A stretch of DNA of 64,000 bases from an uncultured Gemmatimonadales bacterium (GCA_963809895.1 CAWELD010000003.1:1216001-1280000), one strand, 5' to 3'. Numbered from the stretch's first letter, positions 9,347 to 20,102 are shown. Numbers and translations are program-made. The notes: generated by a model from the letters alone, not told the origin.

Positions 9347-10293
9347 TGGCGGCCGACCAGGGAGCCGCTCCCAGGACGCTGGAGGGCAGGGTGGCCATCG
9401 TCACCGGCGCCGGGCGTGGGCTGGGGCGCGCGCACGCTCTTCACCTCGCGGGCCGGGGGGCGGCCGTGGTGGTGAACGACCTCGGGGTGAGCCTGGACGG
9501 ACGGGGCCGAGAGGCGACCGTGGCTCAGGAGGTGGCCGACGAGATCGAGGCCGCCGGTGGCCGAGCGCTGGCCAGCGGCCACGACGTGGGCGACTGGCAA
9601 GAGGCCGCCGAGTTGATCGAGGCCGCGGTCGAAGCATTTGGAGAGCTCCACGTGCTGGTGAACAACGCCGGGATCCTGCGGGACCGGAGCCTGGCGAGGA
9701 TGGAGGAGGCGGAGTTGGACGCGGTTCTTCGCGTGAACCTGAAGGGCCATATCGCGCCGACCTGTCATGCGTTCGCCTACTGGCGGCGACTGGTGAAGGA
9801 AACGGGAGCCCCGGTATCGGCTTCCGTGATCCATACGGCCTCCCCTGTCATCCTGGGCGCCAACCTCGGGCAAGCCGCCTACGGGGCGGCGAAGCTCGGC
9901 GTGGTGGGCCTTTCCGCCACGGCCGACCTCGAAGGCGAGCGGTACGGAATCCGCTCGAACGCGGTAGCGCCCTCAGCGCGGACCCGCATGACCACCGCAG
10001 GCACGCAGGATGGCGGGGATCTGGTCGCCAGGCCGGGCGATGCGGAGGCCTTCGATCCATGGGACCCGGCGAACGTGTCGGCTCTCGTGGGCTGGCTGGC
10101 CCGAGCGGAGTGCCCGGCCAGCGGGCAGATCTTCCAGTTGCTCGGCCGGAAGCTCCGGGTGATCTCCATGCCGGCGCCCGTTCACGAGTTGGAGCACGAG
10201 GCCGCACGAGCCTGGACGGAGGAGGCGTTGGACGGAGCATTGGACGGTCGGCTTCTGGAGCGGCGGGACCTCATGCGGTACGTGGAACCGTGA
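9343..10293 (+). CDS. Short-chain dehydrogenase/reductase (hydroxyacyl-CoA dehydrogenase-like)
   Basis: TGAGRGLG, VVVNDLG, NNAGILRD, YGAAK. Confidence 0.9.
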   Translation: MMAADQGAAPRTLEGRVAIVTGAGRGLGRAHALHLAGRGAAVVVNDLGVSLDGRGREATVAQEVADEIEAAGGRALASGHDVGDWQEAAELIEAAVEAFGELHVLVNNAGILRDRSLARMEEAELDAVLRVNLKGHIAPTCHAFAYWRRLVKETGAPVSASVIHTASPVILGANLGQAAYGAAKLGVVGLSATADLEGERYGIRSNAVAPSARTRMTTAGTQDGGDLVARPGDAEAFDPWDPANVSALVGWLARAECPASGQIFQLLGRKLRVISMPAPVHELEHEAARAWTEEALDGALDGRLLERRDLMRYVEP

Positions 10294-10321
10294 AGAAGCA
10301 CCTCCGAGCAGGGCTCACTCC

Positions 10322-11503
10322 GTGACACTCGACGTCCGCCGCATGCGCGACTCCGAGCGGGAAGCGATGCTGGAGATGCACATGCAAGCCTTCCGCTTGC
10401 CCCCCTACCGGGAGGCCAGGGTCCGCGCGACTCCCCTCGAGGAAGGGTGGGTCGTCGAGGACGCGGGGAGACTCGTGGGAGGGCTGCGGGCCGAATGCCT
10501 CGCTCAGTACTTCGGCGGACGGCCCGTGCCGAGCGCGGCGGTCAGCGCTGTGAAGGTGGCGCCGGAGGCGCGGGGGCGAGGCATTGGAGGACTCCTCCTT
10601 CGCCAGGTGCTCGACGAACTGAGGCAGGAGGGCGAGTTCCTCTCCTTCCTGTATCCCTCCAGCATCGGGTTCTACCGCCGGGTCGGCTACGAGGTGGCAT
10701 TCGGGCATTCCCGCTATGGCCTGTCGCTCCATCAGCTCCCCCGCGAAGGGTCTCTGGTGGCGGAGCCGTGGGAGGACGGCGAGCTCGAAGAGGTCAAGGA
10801 CTGCTACGAGAGGGTGGCTCGGGCTTCGACCGGGCTCGTGGCACGCTCCGCCGACTGGTGGGACGAGCGCATCCTGTCGTCCCGACAAGGAGAGCGCGTC
10901 TATCGGTACGCGGTCCGAACGGGAGGGAAGCTGACCGGCTACGTGGTCTACACCCACGAGGCGGCGTCGGCCGACCTTCCCTACGCCTTCGCCCTCTCGT
11001 GCCGGGACCTGGTGTGGGAGGACGCGGAGAGCGCCTCCTCCCTGCTGGCCTTCGCGTCCGCCAACGCGGGCCTAGGCGTGGAACTGGAGTGGCCCGGCTC
11101 ACCGCTGGATCCGCTCCTGACGTCGCTCACCGGCCAGCTCCCCCGCGCGATCTCCAGCCTGCCGGGAATGGTGCGGCTCATCGACGTGCGGGGCGCGCTG
11201 GAAGCCAGGGGCTACCCGGACGACGTCGAAGCGACGGTGGAGTTGGAGGTGTCCGACCCCTGCATTCCCGCCAACGAAGGGACCGTGCGACTGACGGTGG
11301 CGGGAGGGAGCGGGCACGTTGAGAGCGTGTCGAGCGCGGCGGCCAGAGTCGGGGTCGACGCGCTGGCGGCGCTCTACACCGGCTGGCTCCCCGCCGGGAG
11401 CTTGGCGCGATTGGGTCGGATCCAGGATGCCAGGCCGGAGACGTTGCGTACGCTCGAGAAGCTCTTTCTGGGGCCCACGCCCTGGGTCGTAGCCGTGTTC
11501 TGA
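10322..11503 (+). CDS. Eis-like GNAT N-acetyltransferase with C-terminal SCP2-like domain
   Basis: VKVAPEARGRGIG, LYPSSIGFYRRVGYE, MVRLIDVRGALEARGY, C-terminal Phe. Confidence 0.85.
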   Translation: MTLDVRRMRDSEREAMLEMHMQAFRLPPYREARVRATPLEEGWVVEDAGRLVGGLRAECLAQYFGGRPVPSAAVSAVKVAPEARGRGIGGLLLRQVLDELRQEGEFLSFLYPSSIGFYRRVGYEVAFGHSRYGLSLHQLPREGSLVAEPWEDGELEEVKDCYERVARASTGLVARSADWWDERILSSRQGERVYRYAVRTGGKLTGYVVYTHEAASADLPYAFALSCRDLVWEDAESASSLLAFASANAGLGVELEWPGSPLDPLLTSLTGQLPRAISSLPGMVRLIDVRGALEARGYPDDVEATVELEVSDPCIPANEGTVRLTVAGGSGHVESVSSAAARVGVDALAALYTGWLPAGSLARLGRIQDARPETLRTLEKLFLGPTPWVVAVF

Positions 11504-13431
11504 TGAGGATTCCCATGAGAGGTTGCCCCGTGACGTCCATGCAGAGGGCCCCCCGTATCCTGGCGGCATTCGCGTTCCTGGTGATCGCCGGAGTCATGCG
11601 CTCGGAGACACCCCTGGTCGCCCAGACATATCCCGGGGCTCCGGGACCGTACGCGGTGCGCGTCGACTCGACCGTGTTCATCACCCTTTCCGACGGCGTC
11701 CGACTGGCGGCCGACCTGTATGTCCCGTCCGGGGTGGGCCAGCAGGTCCCCGCCATCGTATGGCGCACACCCTACGACAAGAACCGGTTCCGGGACCGTG
11801 ACCCGCAACTGCGGGTCCTCGCGTCGCACGGCTACGTCGTCGTGGCGGAAGACGTGAGAGGGCGGTTCGAATCTGAGGGGGTCTTCAACGTCCAGGCCGA
11901 CGACGCGAAGGACGGCTACGAGACCATCGAGTGGGTGGCCGATCAGCCATGGTCCGACGGCAAGGTGGGGATGTTCGGGTGCTCGTACTCGGGGGAGGCC
12001 CAGATCCTGGCGGCGCCCCGCCACCCTCCGCACCTGACGGCCATGATCCCCCGGGCGGCTGGGGCCCCGGCCCGTTGGCTGGGTGGGTACAACGGCGGGG
12101 CCTTCGAGCTGGCCCTGCCGTTCAATTGGTTTCGGGAGAACGCAAGCAAGGTGCACCTGGTCCCCGCGGCCGGGATACCGGACTCGCTTTTCCGGAAGGC
12201 ACTTCCGTATCTGCAGATGACGTCCCACGTGGAGCCGACGGACTATCGTGCCCTGTGGCGCACGCTGCCGCTGGTGGGGATGGTGGAACGATCCGGGGCG
12301 CCGCCCACCGACTTCGACGCCTTCGTGTCGCACCCGCCTCCGGATCCGTGGTGGAATCGGTTCGGCCTCCCGTCGGACACGATGACCTACGAAGTGCCGG
12401 CGCTGCAGGTGAGCTCCTGGTACGACTACGGCGTCGCTCAGACGCTGGACCTGATGAATCGGATGTATCGCCAGGCCAGCAACGATGCGGGGCGCCAACA
12501 GTACGTGGTGATCTCCCCCACGACCCACTGCGGCTCCGAAGCCGCCACGGAGCGGACGATGGTGGGGAACCGCGACGTCGGAGACGCCCGCTTCGACTAC
12601 GCCACGCTCTACCTCGACTGGTGGGACCGCTGGCTGCGGGGCAACCAGGAAGCCCTCGATGGATGGCCCACGGTCCGATACTACGTGATGGGCAGGGGCG
12701 AGTGGCGGACGGCCGACGCCTGGCCGATACCGGGGACGGACTTCACGAAGTACTACTTCCATTCGGACGGACGGGCCAACAGTCGCTTCGGGGATGGCAC
12801 GCTGTCGACCGAGATGCCGAGTGGGGATGAGCCCGCGGATCGGTACGTCTATGACCCGGACGTCCCGGTGCCCAGCGTGGGAGGGCCGCTTTGCTGCACG
12901 GGCTCGCCGGACTGGCCGGCGGGCGCGTTCGATCAGTCCGAGGTGGAAGCCCGGAACGACATCCTCGTTTACACCACGGCGCCCCTGGAGCGGGGCGTGG
13001 AGGCCACCGGGCCCCTGAGGGCGGTGCTCCAGGTGTCGTCCGATGCCCGCGACACGGACTTCACGATGAAGCTCGTGGACGTCTATCCCGACGGACGGGC
13101 GTTCAACGTGCAGGAGGGGATCCTCCGCGCGCGGTACCGCGAAGGTCTCGATCGACAGGTGTGGATGGAGCCGGGCGGGGTCTACCAGGTGGAGATCGAC
13201 CTCCAGGTGACCAGCAACTACTTCCCGGCCGGACACCGGATCCGCGTCGAGGTCTCGAGCTCCAACTTCCCCCGCTTCGACCGAAACCTGAACACCGGCG
13301 GGAAGAACTGGGATGAGACGGAGTGGAAGGTCGCGCGGAACGTGATCCACCATTCCGCGGCTCACCCGTCCTATCTGATCCTCCCGGTCATTCCGGATGC
13401 AGACGGCGCGGCCGAGCCCGCGGGCCGCTGA
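11503..13431 (+). CDS. Exported CocE/NonD-family serine hydrolase
   Basis: DGVRLAADLY, RTPY, DVRGRFESEG, GCSYSG nucleophile, SSNFPRFDRNLNTG; signal peptide; start may be 11539. Confidence 0.9.
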   Translation: MRIPMRGCPVTSMQRAPRILAAFAFLVIAGVMRSETPLVAQTYPGAPGPYAVRVDSTVFITLSDGVRLAADLYVPSGVGQQVPAIVWRTPYDKNRFRDRDPQLRVLASHGYVVVAEDVRGRFESEGVFNVQADDAKDGYETIEWVADQPWSDGKVGMFGCSYSGEAQILAAPRHPPHLTAMIPRAAGAPARWLGGYNGGAFELALPFNWFRENASKVHLVPAAGIPDSLFRKALPYLQMTSHVEPTDYRALWRTLPLVGMVERSGAPPTDFDAFVSHPPPDPWWNRFGLPSDTMTYEVPALQVSSWYDYGVAQTLDLMNRMYRQASNDAGRQQYVVISPTTHCGSEAATERTMVGNRDVGDARFDYATLYLDWWDRWLRGNQEALDGWPTVRYYVMGRGEWRTADAWPIPGTDFTKYYFHSDGRANSRFGDGTLSTEMPSGDEPADRYVYDPDVPVPSVGGPLCCTGSPDWPAGAFDQSEVEARNDILVYTTAPLERGVEATGPLRAVLQVSSDARDTDFTMKLVDVYPDGRAFNVQEGILRARYREGLDRQVWMEPGGVYQVEIDLQVTSNYFPAGHRIRVEVSSSNFPRFDRNLNTGGKNWDETEWKVARNVIHHSAAHPSYLILPVIPDADGAAEPAGR

Positions 13432-13448
13432 GTCGGAGGACCGTAAGG

Positions 13449-14633
13449 ATGCGCGAGGCGGTAGTTCTCGAGGCGGTTCGCACGCCTGTGGGAAAGCGAG
13501 GGAAGAGCCTCTCGAAGGTGCATCCCGTCGACCTTCTGGGTGACGTCCTGAATGGGGTCGTAGCCCGGGCGAGCATTCCGGCAGAAGCCGTGGAGGACGT
13601 GGTCGCCGGTTGCGTGACCCAGGCCGGGGAGCAGTCGGCTAACGTCGCCCGCCACGCTTGGCTGGCGGCGGGGCTCCCCGAGGCCGTTCCTGCGACGACC
13701 ATCGATCGTCAGTGCGGCTCCAGCCTCCAGGCCATCCAGTTCGCGGCTCAGTCCGTCCTGGCCGGCACCTTCGACCTCGTCCTGGCATGCGGGGTGGAAT
13801 CGATGAGCCGCGTGCCCATGGGGTCAGCCATGCGGGACGGGCCGGGTTGGCCCATCTCCGACGCGCTGGGTCGACGCTATTCGCTAGGAGAACACGGCGC
13901 CTTCGACCAGGCGGCCGGCGCGGCCTGGATCGCCAGGGAATGGGGGTTCGGAAGACCCGAGCTGGATCGGCTGGCGTACGAGAGCCACATGCGGGCCGCG
14001 GCGGCACGCGCGGAAGGCCGCTTTGAACGGGAGATCCTCCCGGTGGAGGCTCCCACCGCCGATGGCGGCTCCGTCGCCGTGGATACGGACGAAGGCATCC
14101 GTCCCGACACCACGCCCGAGCAACTCGCGGGGCTCGAACTCGCGTTCGAGGGGGTGGACCTCATCACCGCCGGCAACTCCTCTCAGATCTCCGATGCGGC
14201 GGCGGCAGTCCTGATCGGCACCCCTCGGAAGGCCGCGGAGCTCGGGCTGCGGCCGCGGGCCAGGGTGGTGGGGCTCAGCACCGTCGGGGTGGACCCCGTC
14301 AGCATGCTCACGGGACCGATCCCGGCGACCTGGAAGGTGCTGGAGCGGACCGGCCTCGGGATCGACGACATCGACCTCTTCGAGGTGAACGAGGCCTTCG
14401 CGTCCGTGGTGTTGGCGTGGCAGAGGGAGACCGGAGCGCCCTGGGACCGGGTCAACGTAAACGGCAGCGGAATCTCGTTGGGCCATCCCCTCGGCGCGAC
14501 GGGGGCTCGGATCGTTACGACGCTCCTCCACGAGCTCGAAAGAAGAGAAGGACGCTACGGCCTCGTCGCCATCTGCGAAGGCGGGGGAATGGCGAACGCG
14601 GCGATCTTCGAGCGGCTGGACCCAACGGCATGA
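13449..14633 (+). CDS. Acetyl-CoA C-acyltransferase (thiolase)
   Basis: AVRTPVG, TIDRQCGSS, FEVNEAFA, LGHPLGATG, ICEGGG. Confidence 0.92.
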   Translation: MREAVVLEAVRTPVGKRGKSLSKVHPVDLLGDVLNGVVARASIPAEAVEDVVAGCVTQAGEQSANVARHAWLAAGLPEAVPATTIDRQCGSSLQAIQFAAQSVLAGTFDLVLACGVESMSRVPMGSAMRDGPGWPISDALGRRYSLGEHGAFDQAAGAAWIAREWGFGRPELDRLAYESHMRAAAARAEGRFEREILPVEAPTADGGSVAVDTDEGIRPDTTPEQLAGLELAFEGVDLITAGNSSQISDAAAAVLIGTPRKAAELGLRPRARVVGLSTVGVDPVSMLTGPIPATWKVLERTGLGIDDIDLFEVNEAFASVVLAWQRETGAPWDRVNVNGSGISLGHPLGATGARIVTTLLHELERREGRYGLVAICEGGGMANAAIFERLDPTA

Positions 14634-16141
14634 ACGAAGCGGGACGAGTGGACCCACACCGGATCTCCTATGGACATCGGGTCTCGGATCTCGCAGCCCG
14701 CCATCCAGATCAAACGGCGATCCGGGTCGTGGGGAGCGACGGTGTGGAGACCGGGACCAGTTGGCGCGAGCTCGATCTGAGATCGAACCGCCTGGCCAGA
14801 CTCCTGCAGCGAAGGGGAGTCGGGCAGGATTCGACCGTGGTGGTGGGGCTCCCCAACTCCTTGGAGCACTACCTCGCCACACTCGCAACATGGAAGCTCG
14901 GCGCGTGCGTGCTCACGCTCTCCCACCGACTTCGGCTCGAAGAGCGGGATTCCATCCTCGATGTCGCGGGCGCTACCCTGGTCATCGGGCTCTGGCGGGA
15001 TCTCTCCGGCCCGACCATCTCACCCCAGGAGCTGGCCGACCTGGATGGGTTCCCGTCGGACGCCCTTCCCGAGGTCGTGCCGCACCCGGGCAAGGCGGTC
15101 GCGTCCGGAGGCTCCACGGGCCGCCCCAAGGTCATCGTGGACCCGACACCCTGGACCGAGAGACCAGGCCGGCTGGCCGAGCGGCTGGGCCCGCCCATCG
15201 GCTTCGCCCGGGGGCAGATCCAGCTCGTGGCCGGCCCGCTCTACCACAACGCTCCATTCGTCGCGAGCCACTGGGGGCTCTTCGAGGGACACACCCTCGT
15301 CGTCATGGAACGCTTTGATGCCGAACGGTGGGTGACCCTGGTGGAGCGTCATCGGGTCGAGTTCGGGGTCCTGGTCGCCACCATGATGAGGCGCATTCTC
15401 CAGGTGCCCGACCTGAGCCCACGGCGCGTGGCGAGCATCCGGGCCATCTATCACACGGGTGGCAGTCTACCGCGATGGGTCATGCGGGAGTGGATCGACC
15501 TGCTCGGACCGGAGCACGTCTACGACGCGTACGGCTCCACCGAGAACATGGGCTCGACGTCGATTCGAGGAGACGAATGGCTCCGACATCCCGGTAGCGT
15601 GGGCCGGCCGTTCGACTGCGAGGTGCGGATCCTGGACGAAGACGGTGCGCCCCTCCCGGCCGGAGAGACGGGTGAAATCTGGACCCGGCCGCGTGCCGAA
15701 GAGCCCACGTACGAGTATCTGGGCGCGGCGCCGGCACGCGCCACGGACGACGGGTTCGTCAGCGTCGGAGACCTCGGTTGGCTGGACGAGGACGGATACC
15801 TGTACGTGGCGGATCGACGAACCGATCTCATCATCTCAGGCGGTGTGAACGTATATCCCGCGGAGGTAGAGGCAGTCCTCGTCCGCCATCCGTCCGTGGC
15901 GGACGCGGTGGTCATCGGGCTCCCGGACCCGGAGTGGGGCAAACGGGTCCACGCGCTGGTTCAGCCACGGGAGCCGGACTCGCCCTTTGACTTCCAACAA
16001 CTGGAGGCATTCGTGCGAGAGCGCGTGAGCGGCGCCAAGGTGCCCAAATCTTGGGAATCCGTTTCCTCGCTCCCTCGCAACGAAGCGGGCAAGATCCGGC
16101 GCTCGGCCCTCGGGGCAACGCGCGGACAGGACGGCGCATGA
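14630..16141 (+). CDS. Acyl-CoA synthetase (AMP-binding)
   Basis: SGGSTGRPK, GPLYHNAP, YGSTE, GDLGWLDEDGYLYVADRRTDLIISGGVNVYPAEVE; ATGA overlap with the upstream stop. Confidence 0.9.
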   Translation: MNEAGRVDPHRISYGHRVSDLAARHPDQTAIRVVGSDGVETGTSWRELDLRSNRLARLLQRRGVGQDSTVVVGLPNSLEHYLATLATWKLGACVLTLSHRLRLEERDSILDVAGATLVIGLWRDLSGPTISPQELADLDGFPSDALPEVVPHPGKAVASGGSTGRPKVIVDPTPWTERPGRLAERLGPPIGFARGQIQLVAGPLYHNAPFVASHWGLFEGHTLVVMERFDAERWVTLVERHRVEFGVLVATMMRRILQVPDLSPRRVASIRAIYHTGGSLPRWVMREWIDLLGPEHVYDAYGSTENMGSTSIRGDEWLRHPGSVGRPFDCEVRILDEDGAPLPAGETGEIWTRPRAEEPTYEYLGAAPARATDDGFVSVGDLGWLDEDGYLYVADRRTDLIISGGVNVYPAEVEAVLVRHPSVADAVVIGLPDPEWGKRVHALVQPREPDSPFDFQQLEAFVRERVSGAKVPKSWESVSSLPRNEAGKIRRSALGATRGQDGA

Positions 16142-17598
16142 GCCCGACCACCTCCACCCAGAGCCGTCCCGGCCTGCACAAGGAGCTCAGGTCACTCCAG
16201 TTCTTCGCGGTGGCCTTCGGGGCGACCATCGGAGTGGGCTGGATTGTCGTGCTGGGCGATTGGTTGGAGGCCGCGGGGCCTGGTGGGACGATGCTCGGTT
16301 TTCTCGTCGGCGGGTGCATCATCGCCGTCATCGCCCTCTGCTATGCGGAGCTCGCGACGGTGTTTCCGTCGGCGGGCGGTGAGTTCGTCTACAGCTACGC
16401 GCTCTACGGCATCAAGACGTCGTTCGTCGCCGGGTGGCTCCTGGCCATGGCGTACCTGGCGGTGACCGCCTTCGAGACCATCGCCGTGGGGTGGATCGCC
16501 AACGCCCTGATCCCGGGCCTGGAGGGGCCGGTACTCTTCCATGGGATCGGCGGGAGTCCGGTCCACCTGGGCACCATCTTCCTCGGTTTCGGGGGGCTCG
16601 TCCTGATCTCGGCCCTGAACTACCGCGGCGTCGGATGGGCGTCGGTATTCCAGGAGGCGCTCACCTACGGATTGACCGTCGCCTTCCTCCTGTTCGTGGG
16701 AGCCGGGATCCTCCTGGGCGACGTGGCGAACCTGAAGCCCGCCTTCCACGCGTCCGGGGGCGGATCCGTGTGGCTCGGAACGCTCGGAATCCTCATCCAG
16801 ACGCCGAACTGGCTGGTGGGGTTCAACTTCGTGCCCCAGCTCATGGAGGAGAAGGCGCCCGACACACCGATCCGCAGGGTGGGGCTCGTGATGGTCTCTT
16901 CCGTCCTCTCGGCTACCCTCTTCTACCTCCTCGTCGTCTTGGCGTGCTCCATGGTGACACCCTGGCCGACGCTCGTGGGGATGGAGCTTCCGGCAGCGGG
17001 CGCGTTCGAGGCGCTCCTGGATTCGCCCATCCTCGCCAAGCTGGTGCTCCTTGCGGGCCTCATGGGTCTGGTCACCACCTGGAACGCGGTCTTCATGGGA
17101 GCGTCCCGGATCCTCTTCGCGCTCGGGCGCGCTCGGATCATCCACCCGTCGTTCGCGTCGGTGCACCCCGAGTTTGGCACCCCCGGGAGGGCCGTGCTCT
17201 TCGTGACCGCGATCGGCGCGGTCGCGAGCCTGCTGGGTCGCGATGCGCTCGTGCCATTGCTCAATGTGGTCGCGGCCGCCCTGTCGTTCCTCTTCATCCT
17301 CACCTGCTGGGGAGTCGTGCGCCTCCGCCGCCGGCGTCCCGAGGTGCAGGCCGCGTATCGCGTGCCGGGGGGCGCCGTGACCGGGATGGTGGCGTCTGCC
17401 GCATCGGTCGCCTTTCTCGTCCTGGCGCTCGCCCAGCCGTACGCCGCGGCCGGCAGGCGCTTCCCCCTGGAATGGGGAATCATCCTGGTGGGAGGAGTGG
17501 TCGGGATGGCTCTGTGGAGGTTGGGGCGCGAGACCCGGGACGAGTTGAGCGAGGACGATCGGAGCCGGGTCGTCCTGGGAGACGAGAGCCTGTGGTGA
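16138..17598 (+). CDS. APC-family amino acid permease
   Basis: FGATIGVGW, YAELATVFPSAGGEFVY, about 12 hydrophobic segments. Confidence 0.9.
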   Translation: MSPTTSTQSRPGLHKELRSLQFFAVAFGATIGVGWIVVLGDWLEAAGPGGTMLGFLVGGCIIAVIALCYAELATVFPSAGGEFVYSYALYGIKTSFVAGWLLAMAYLAVTAFETIAVGWIANALIPGLEGPVLFHGIGGSPVHLGTIFLGFGGLVLISALNYRGVGWASVFQEALTYGLTVAFLLFVGAGILLGDVANLKPAFHASGGGSVWLGTLGILIQTPNWLVGFNFVPQLMEEKAPDTPIRRVGLVMVSSVLSATLFYLLVVLACSMVTPWPTLVGMELPAAGAFEALLDSPILAKLVLLAGLMGLVTTWNAVFMGASRILFALGRARIIHPSFASVHPEFGTPGRAVLFVTAIGAVASLLGRDALVPLLNVVAAALSFLFILTCWGVVRLRRRRPEVQAAYRVPGGAVTGMVASAASVAFLVLALAQPYAAAGRRFPLEWGIILVGGVVGMALWRLGRETRDELSEDDRSRVVLGDESLW

Positions 17599-17621
17599 CC
17601 GTATCGCGGGGAACCGACCCG

Positions 17622-17649
17622 TAGGTACAACAGGGCCTCCCGCTTCGTC
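17622..17649 (+). promoter_or_regulatory. Candidate ECF-sigma promoter, copy 3
   Basis: TAGGTACAA-N15-CGTC upstream of the second CocE gene. Confidence 0.75.
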
Positions 17650-17723
17650 CACTACATGAACCGTAGGCTACTCGCCGCCCACACGGCCGACGGCATGCGC
17701 GCGGGGCGGCACAGGAGATCCGC

Positions 17724-20066
17724 ATGAATCGCTGGCTGCTGCCTATCCTCGGAGCCTCACTCCTCCTCGGGTTCGCCGAGCTCAGGTCCACAGACGCCCT
17801 CTCCGCGCAGACGACCATGGCCGACACCGTCGTCTGGGATGGCTATGTGGTCGGTGTCCGCCTTGCCGAGCTCAAGCTGGCGGATGACAGCTACACGATT
17901 CGCTGGAAGGACCGCGAAGCGAACCGCTGGCTGGATCCACATACCACGTCCTCAGCCGAGGTCGGAGACGACCCTTCCTTCGCACTGGGAGGCTCGGTCT
18001 CCCGCTTTCCAGCCCAGCTGCCCGAGCTCGAAGCCATGACCTGGACGGGCCGGCAGGCCGTCGCCTGGCCGGATCCGGAGACCGTCTACGTCCCGGATCG
18101 TGAAAGGGACGCGGTGGTAGCAGGCACCCCGAAGACGGCCCGACGGTGGATCCAGAAGGACGGCTCCAGTCCCATGGACCTCATGATCGGGCCGGGCGAC
18201 CGTCCCGTCGCGGCGTTCGATGTCGACAACGACATCGTGTGGGTGAAGCGCGGCTGGGAGGGGGTGACGACGGTGGCCCGGTGGCAGGCGCCCGGCGTGT
18301 CGAAGCCGGAGTACGGCTACCGCGCCCTCGACAAGCAGATGGTGCCCATGCGGGACGGCGTGCATCTGGCCACCCTGATCTACCTTCCGCAGGGCGCCGG
18401 GGCGGACGGCCCCTTCCCCGTCATCTTCATCCGCACGCCGTACGGCATCGGAGGCTTGATCGGCCGATACTGGCACTACGCGGTCCGGGGGTACGCGGTC
18501 GTCCTGCAGGCGGCTCGGGGAACAGCCTACTGGGACCCGGAAAACCGTTCAGAAGGCGAGTGGGGCTACTTCCGGAACGAGGCGGCCGACGGTGCCGACG
18601 CCCTGGAGTGGGTGGCCTCACAGCCATGGTCCAACGGCGAAATCTGCACCCAGGGAGCGTCCTATCTCGGATATACCCAGTGGAACGAGACCATCGCGGG
18701 CAATCCGGCGTTGAAGTGCATGATCCCGGAATCGAGCATGGGGACCATGTTCAGCGACCAGCCGTACTGGGGTGGTGGCTTCGTCAACGGGAATACGTAC
18801 TACATCACATGGATGCTGAACAAACAGCCGATCCGGGACGGTCTTTCCTGGACCGACGTGTTGCACCATCGCCCCCTTGTGGACATCGATGTGTTCGCGA
18901 CCGGGGAGGATCTCCCCCAGTGGAATGCCATCATGGAGCATTCCCACAACGATGCCTACTGGGCTCGGCAGAACTGGTACGTGAAGGACGTCCCACGGGA
19001 CTTCGGCGCCTTCATGTTCAGCGGATGGTGGGATGACGATTTCGCCGGCACGATGGCGAACTGGGCGCTCATGAGGAAGACGAGCTCAGCCCCGCGCAAG
19101 CTCGTGATCGGACCCTGGAAACACAACTACAACGTGGACCGAGCCCTGAACGGCTTCAGCTTCGGCCCCCACGCCCTCCGCGACGACGTCTGGCTCTCGA
19201 AGCAGCGCTGGTACGACCACTTCCTGAAAGGAGTGGACAACGGAGTCGAGCACGAGAGGGTCCAGTACTTCATGTTGGGCGAAAACGAGTGGCGCACCGC
19301 GACGGACTGGCCCCCACCCGAAGCGGAGCCGACCGCCTTCTACCTCCACAGCGACGGCGACGCGGAAGGACTGATGACGTCGGGGCATCTGGACCGCACG
19401 ACATCCACTTCCCCCGAGGACTTCGATCAATACGTCTACGATCCCGCCCATCCGGTCACGAACTGGATGAGCTTCGATCAGATGACCGCGTGGGAGGATC
19501 AGCAGACGTGGCCCTACGACTTCAAGGACATCGAGGGGCGCTCGGACGTGGTCTCCTACACATCCGGGCCCCTGGAGGATGATCTGGTGATCGCCGGGAA
19601 TGTTATGCTGGTGCTGTACGCGTCGACGGACGTGAAGGACACGGATTGGTGGGTCCACGTCTCCGACGTCGATCCCGACGGCATGTCGAAGCGGCTTACG
19701 ACGGGCGTGCTGCGTGCGCGCTTTCGCAATCGTGACGATCCTCAGTACGGCGCGATGGGCGAGAACTACGCCCGGGAGGAACTCCTTTCGGGTGACCTGG
19801 ACGACGTGGTGGAGTACCGGATCGGACTCCGCGCGATCGCCAACAGGTTCGAGAAGGGGCACCGCATTCGCGTCGCGATCTACAACGCTCTCGACAACTA
19901 CGAGTTCCCCAACTCGAACACCGGTGGGGACGAGGCCCAGGCCAAGGAGACGATTCCGGGGATCATGCGGGTGCACCATGAAGCTTCATGGCCGACCCAC
20001 ATCATCTTGCCCGTGGTTCCCTCCGGGACTCAGGCATCCGCCGCTCCGGGGTCTCGCGAGCGGTGA
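17724..20066 (+). CDS. Exported CocE/NonD-family hydrolase with ~200-aa N-terminal extension
   Basis: RBS AGGAG, signal peptide, MRDGVHLAT, RTPY, GASYLG, IGPWKH. Confidence 0.9.
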   Translation: MNRWLLPILGASLLLGFAELRSTDALSAQTTMADTVVWDGYVVGVRLAELKLADDSYTIRWKDREANRWLDPHTTSSAEVGDDPSFALGGSVSRFPAQLPELEAMTWTGRQAVAWPDPETVYVPDRERDAVVAGTPKTARRWIQKDGSSPMDLMIGPGDRPVAAFDVDNDIVWVKRGWEGVTTVARWQAPGVSKPEYGYRALDKQMVPMRDGVHLATLIYLPQGAGADGPFPVIFIRTPYGIGGLIGRYWHYAVRGYAVVLQAARGTAYWDPENRSEGEWGYFRNEAADGADALEWVASQPWSNGEICTQGASYLGYTQWNETIAGNPALKCMIPESSMGTMFSDQPYWGGGFVNGNTYYITWMLNKQPIRDGLSWTDVLHHRPLVDIDVFATGEDLPQWNAIMEHSHNDAYWARQNWYVKDVPRDFGAFMFSGWWDDDFAGTMANWALMRKTSSAPRKLVIGPWKHNYNVDRALNGFSFGPHALRDDVWLSKQRWYDHFLKGVDNGVEHERVQYFMLGENEWRTATDWPPPEAEPTAFYLHSDGDAEGLMTSGHLDRTTSTSPEDFDQYVYDPAHPVTNWMSFDQMTAWEDQQTWPYDFKDIEGRSDVVSYTSGPLEDDLVIAGNVMLVLYASTDVKDTDWWVHVSDVDPDGMSKRLTTGVLRARFRNRDDPQYGAMGENYAREELLSGDLDDVVEYRIGLRAIANRFEKGHRIRVAIYNALDNYEFPNSNTGGDEAQAKETIPGIMRVHHEASWPTHIILPVVPSGTQASAAPGSRER

Positions 20067-20102
20067 GGCTCCGGGCGGCTGGTTTCCGTTCCTCCTGTCT
20101 GC

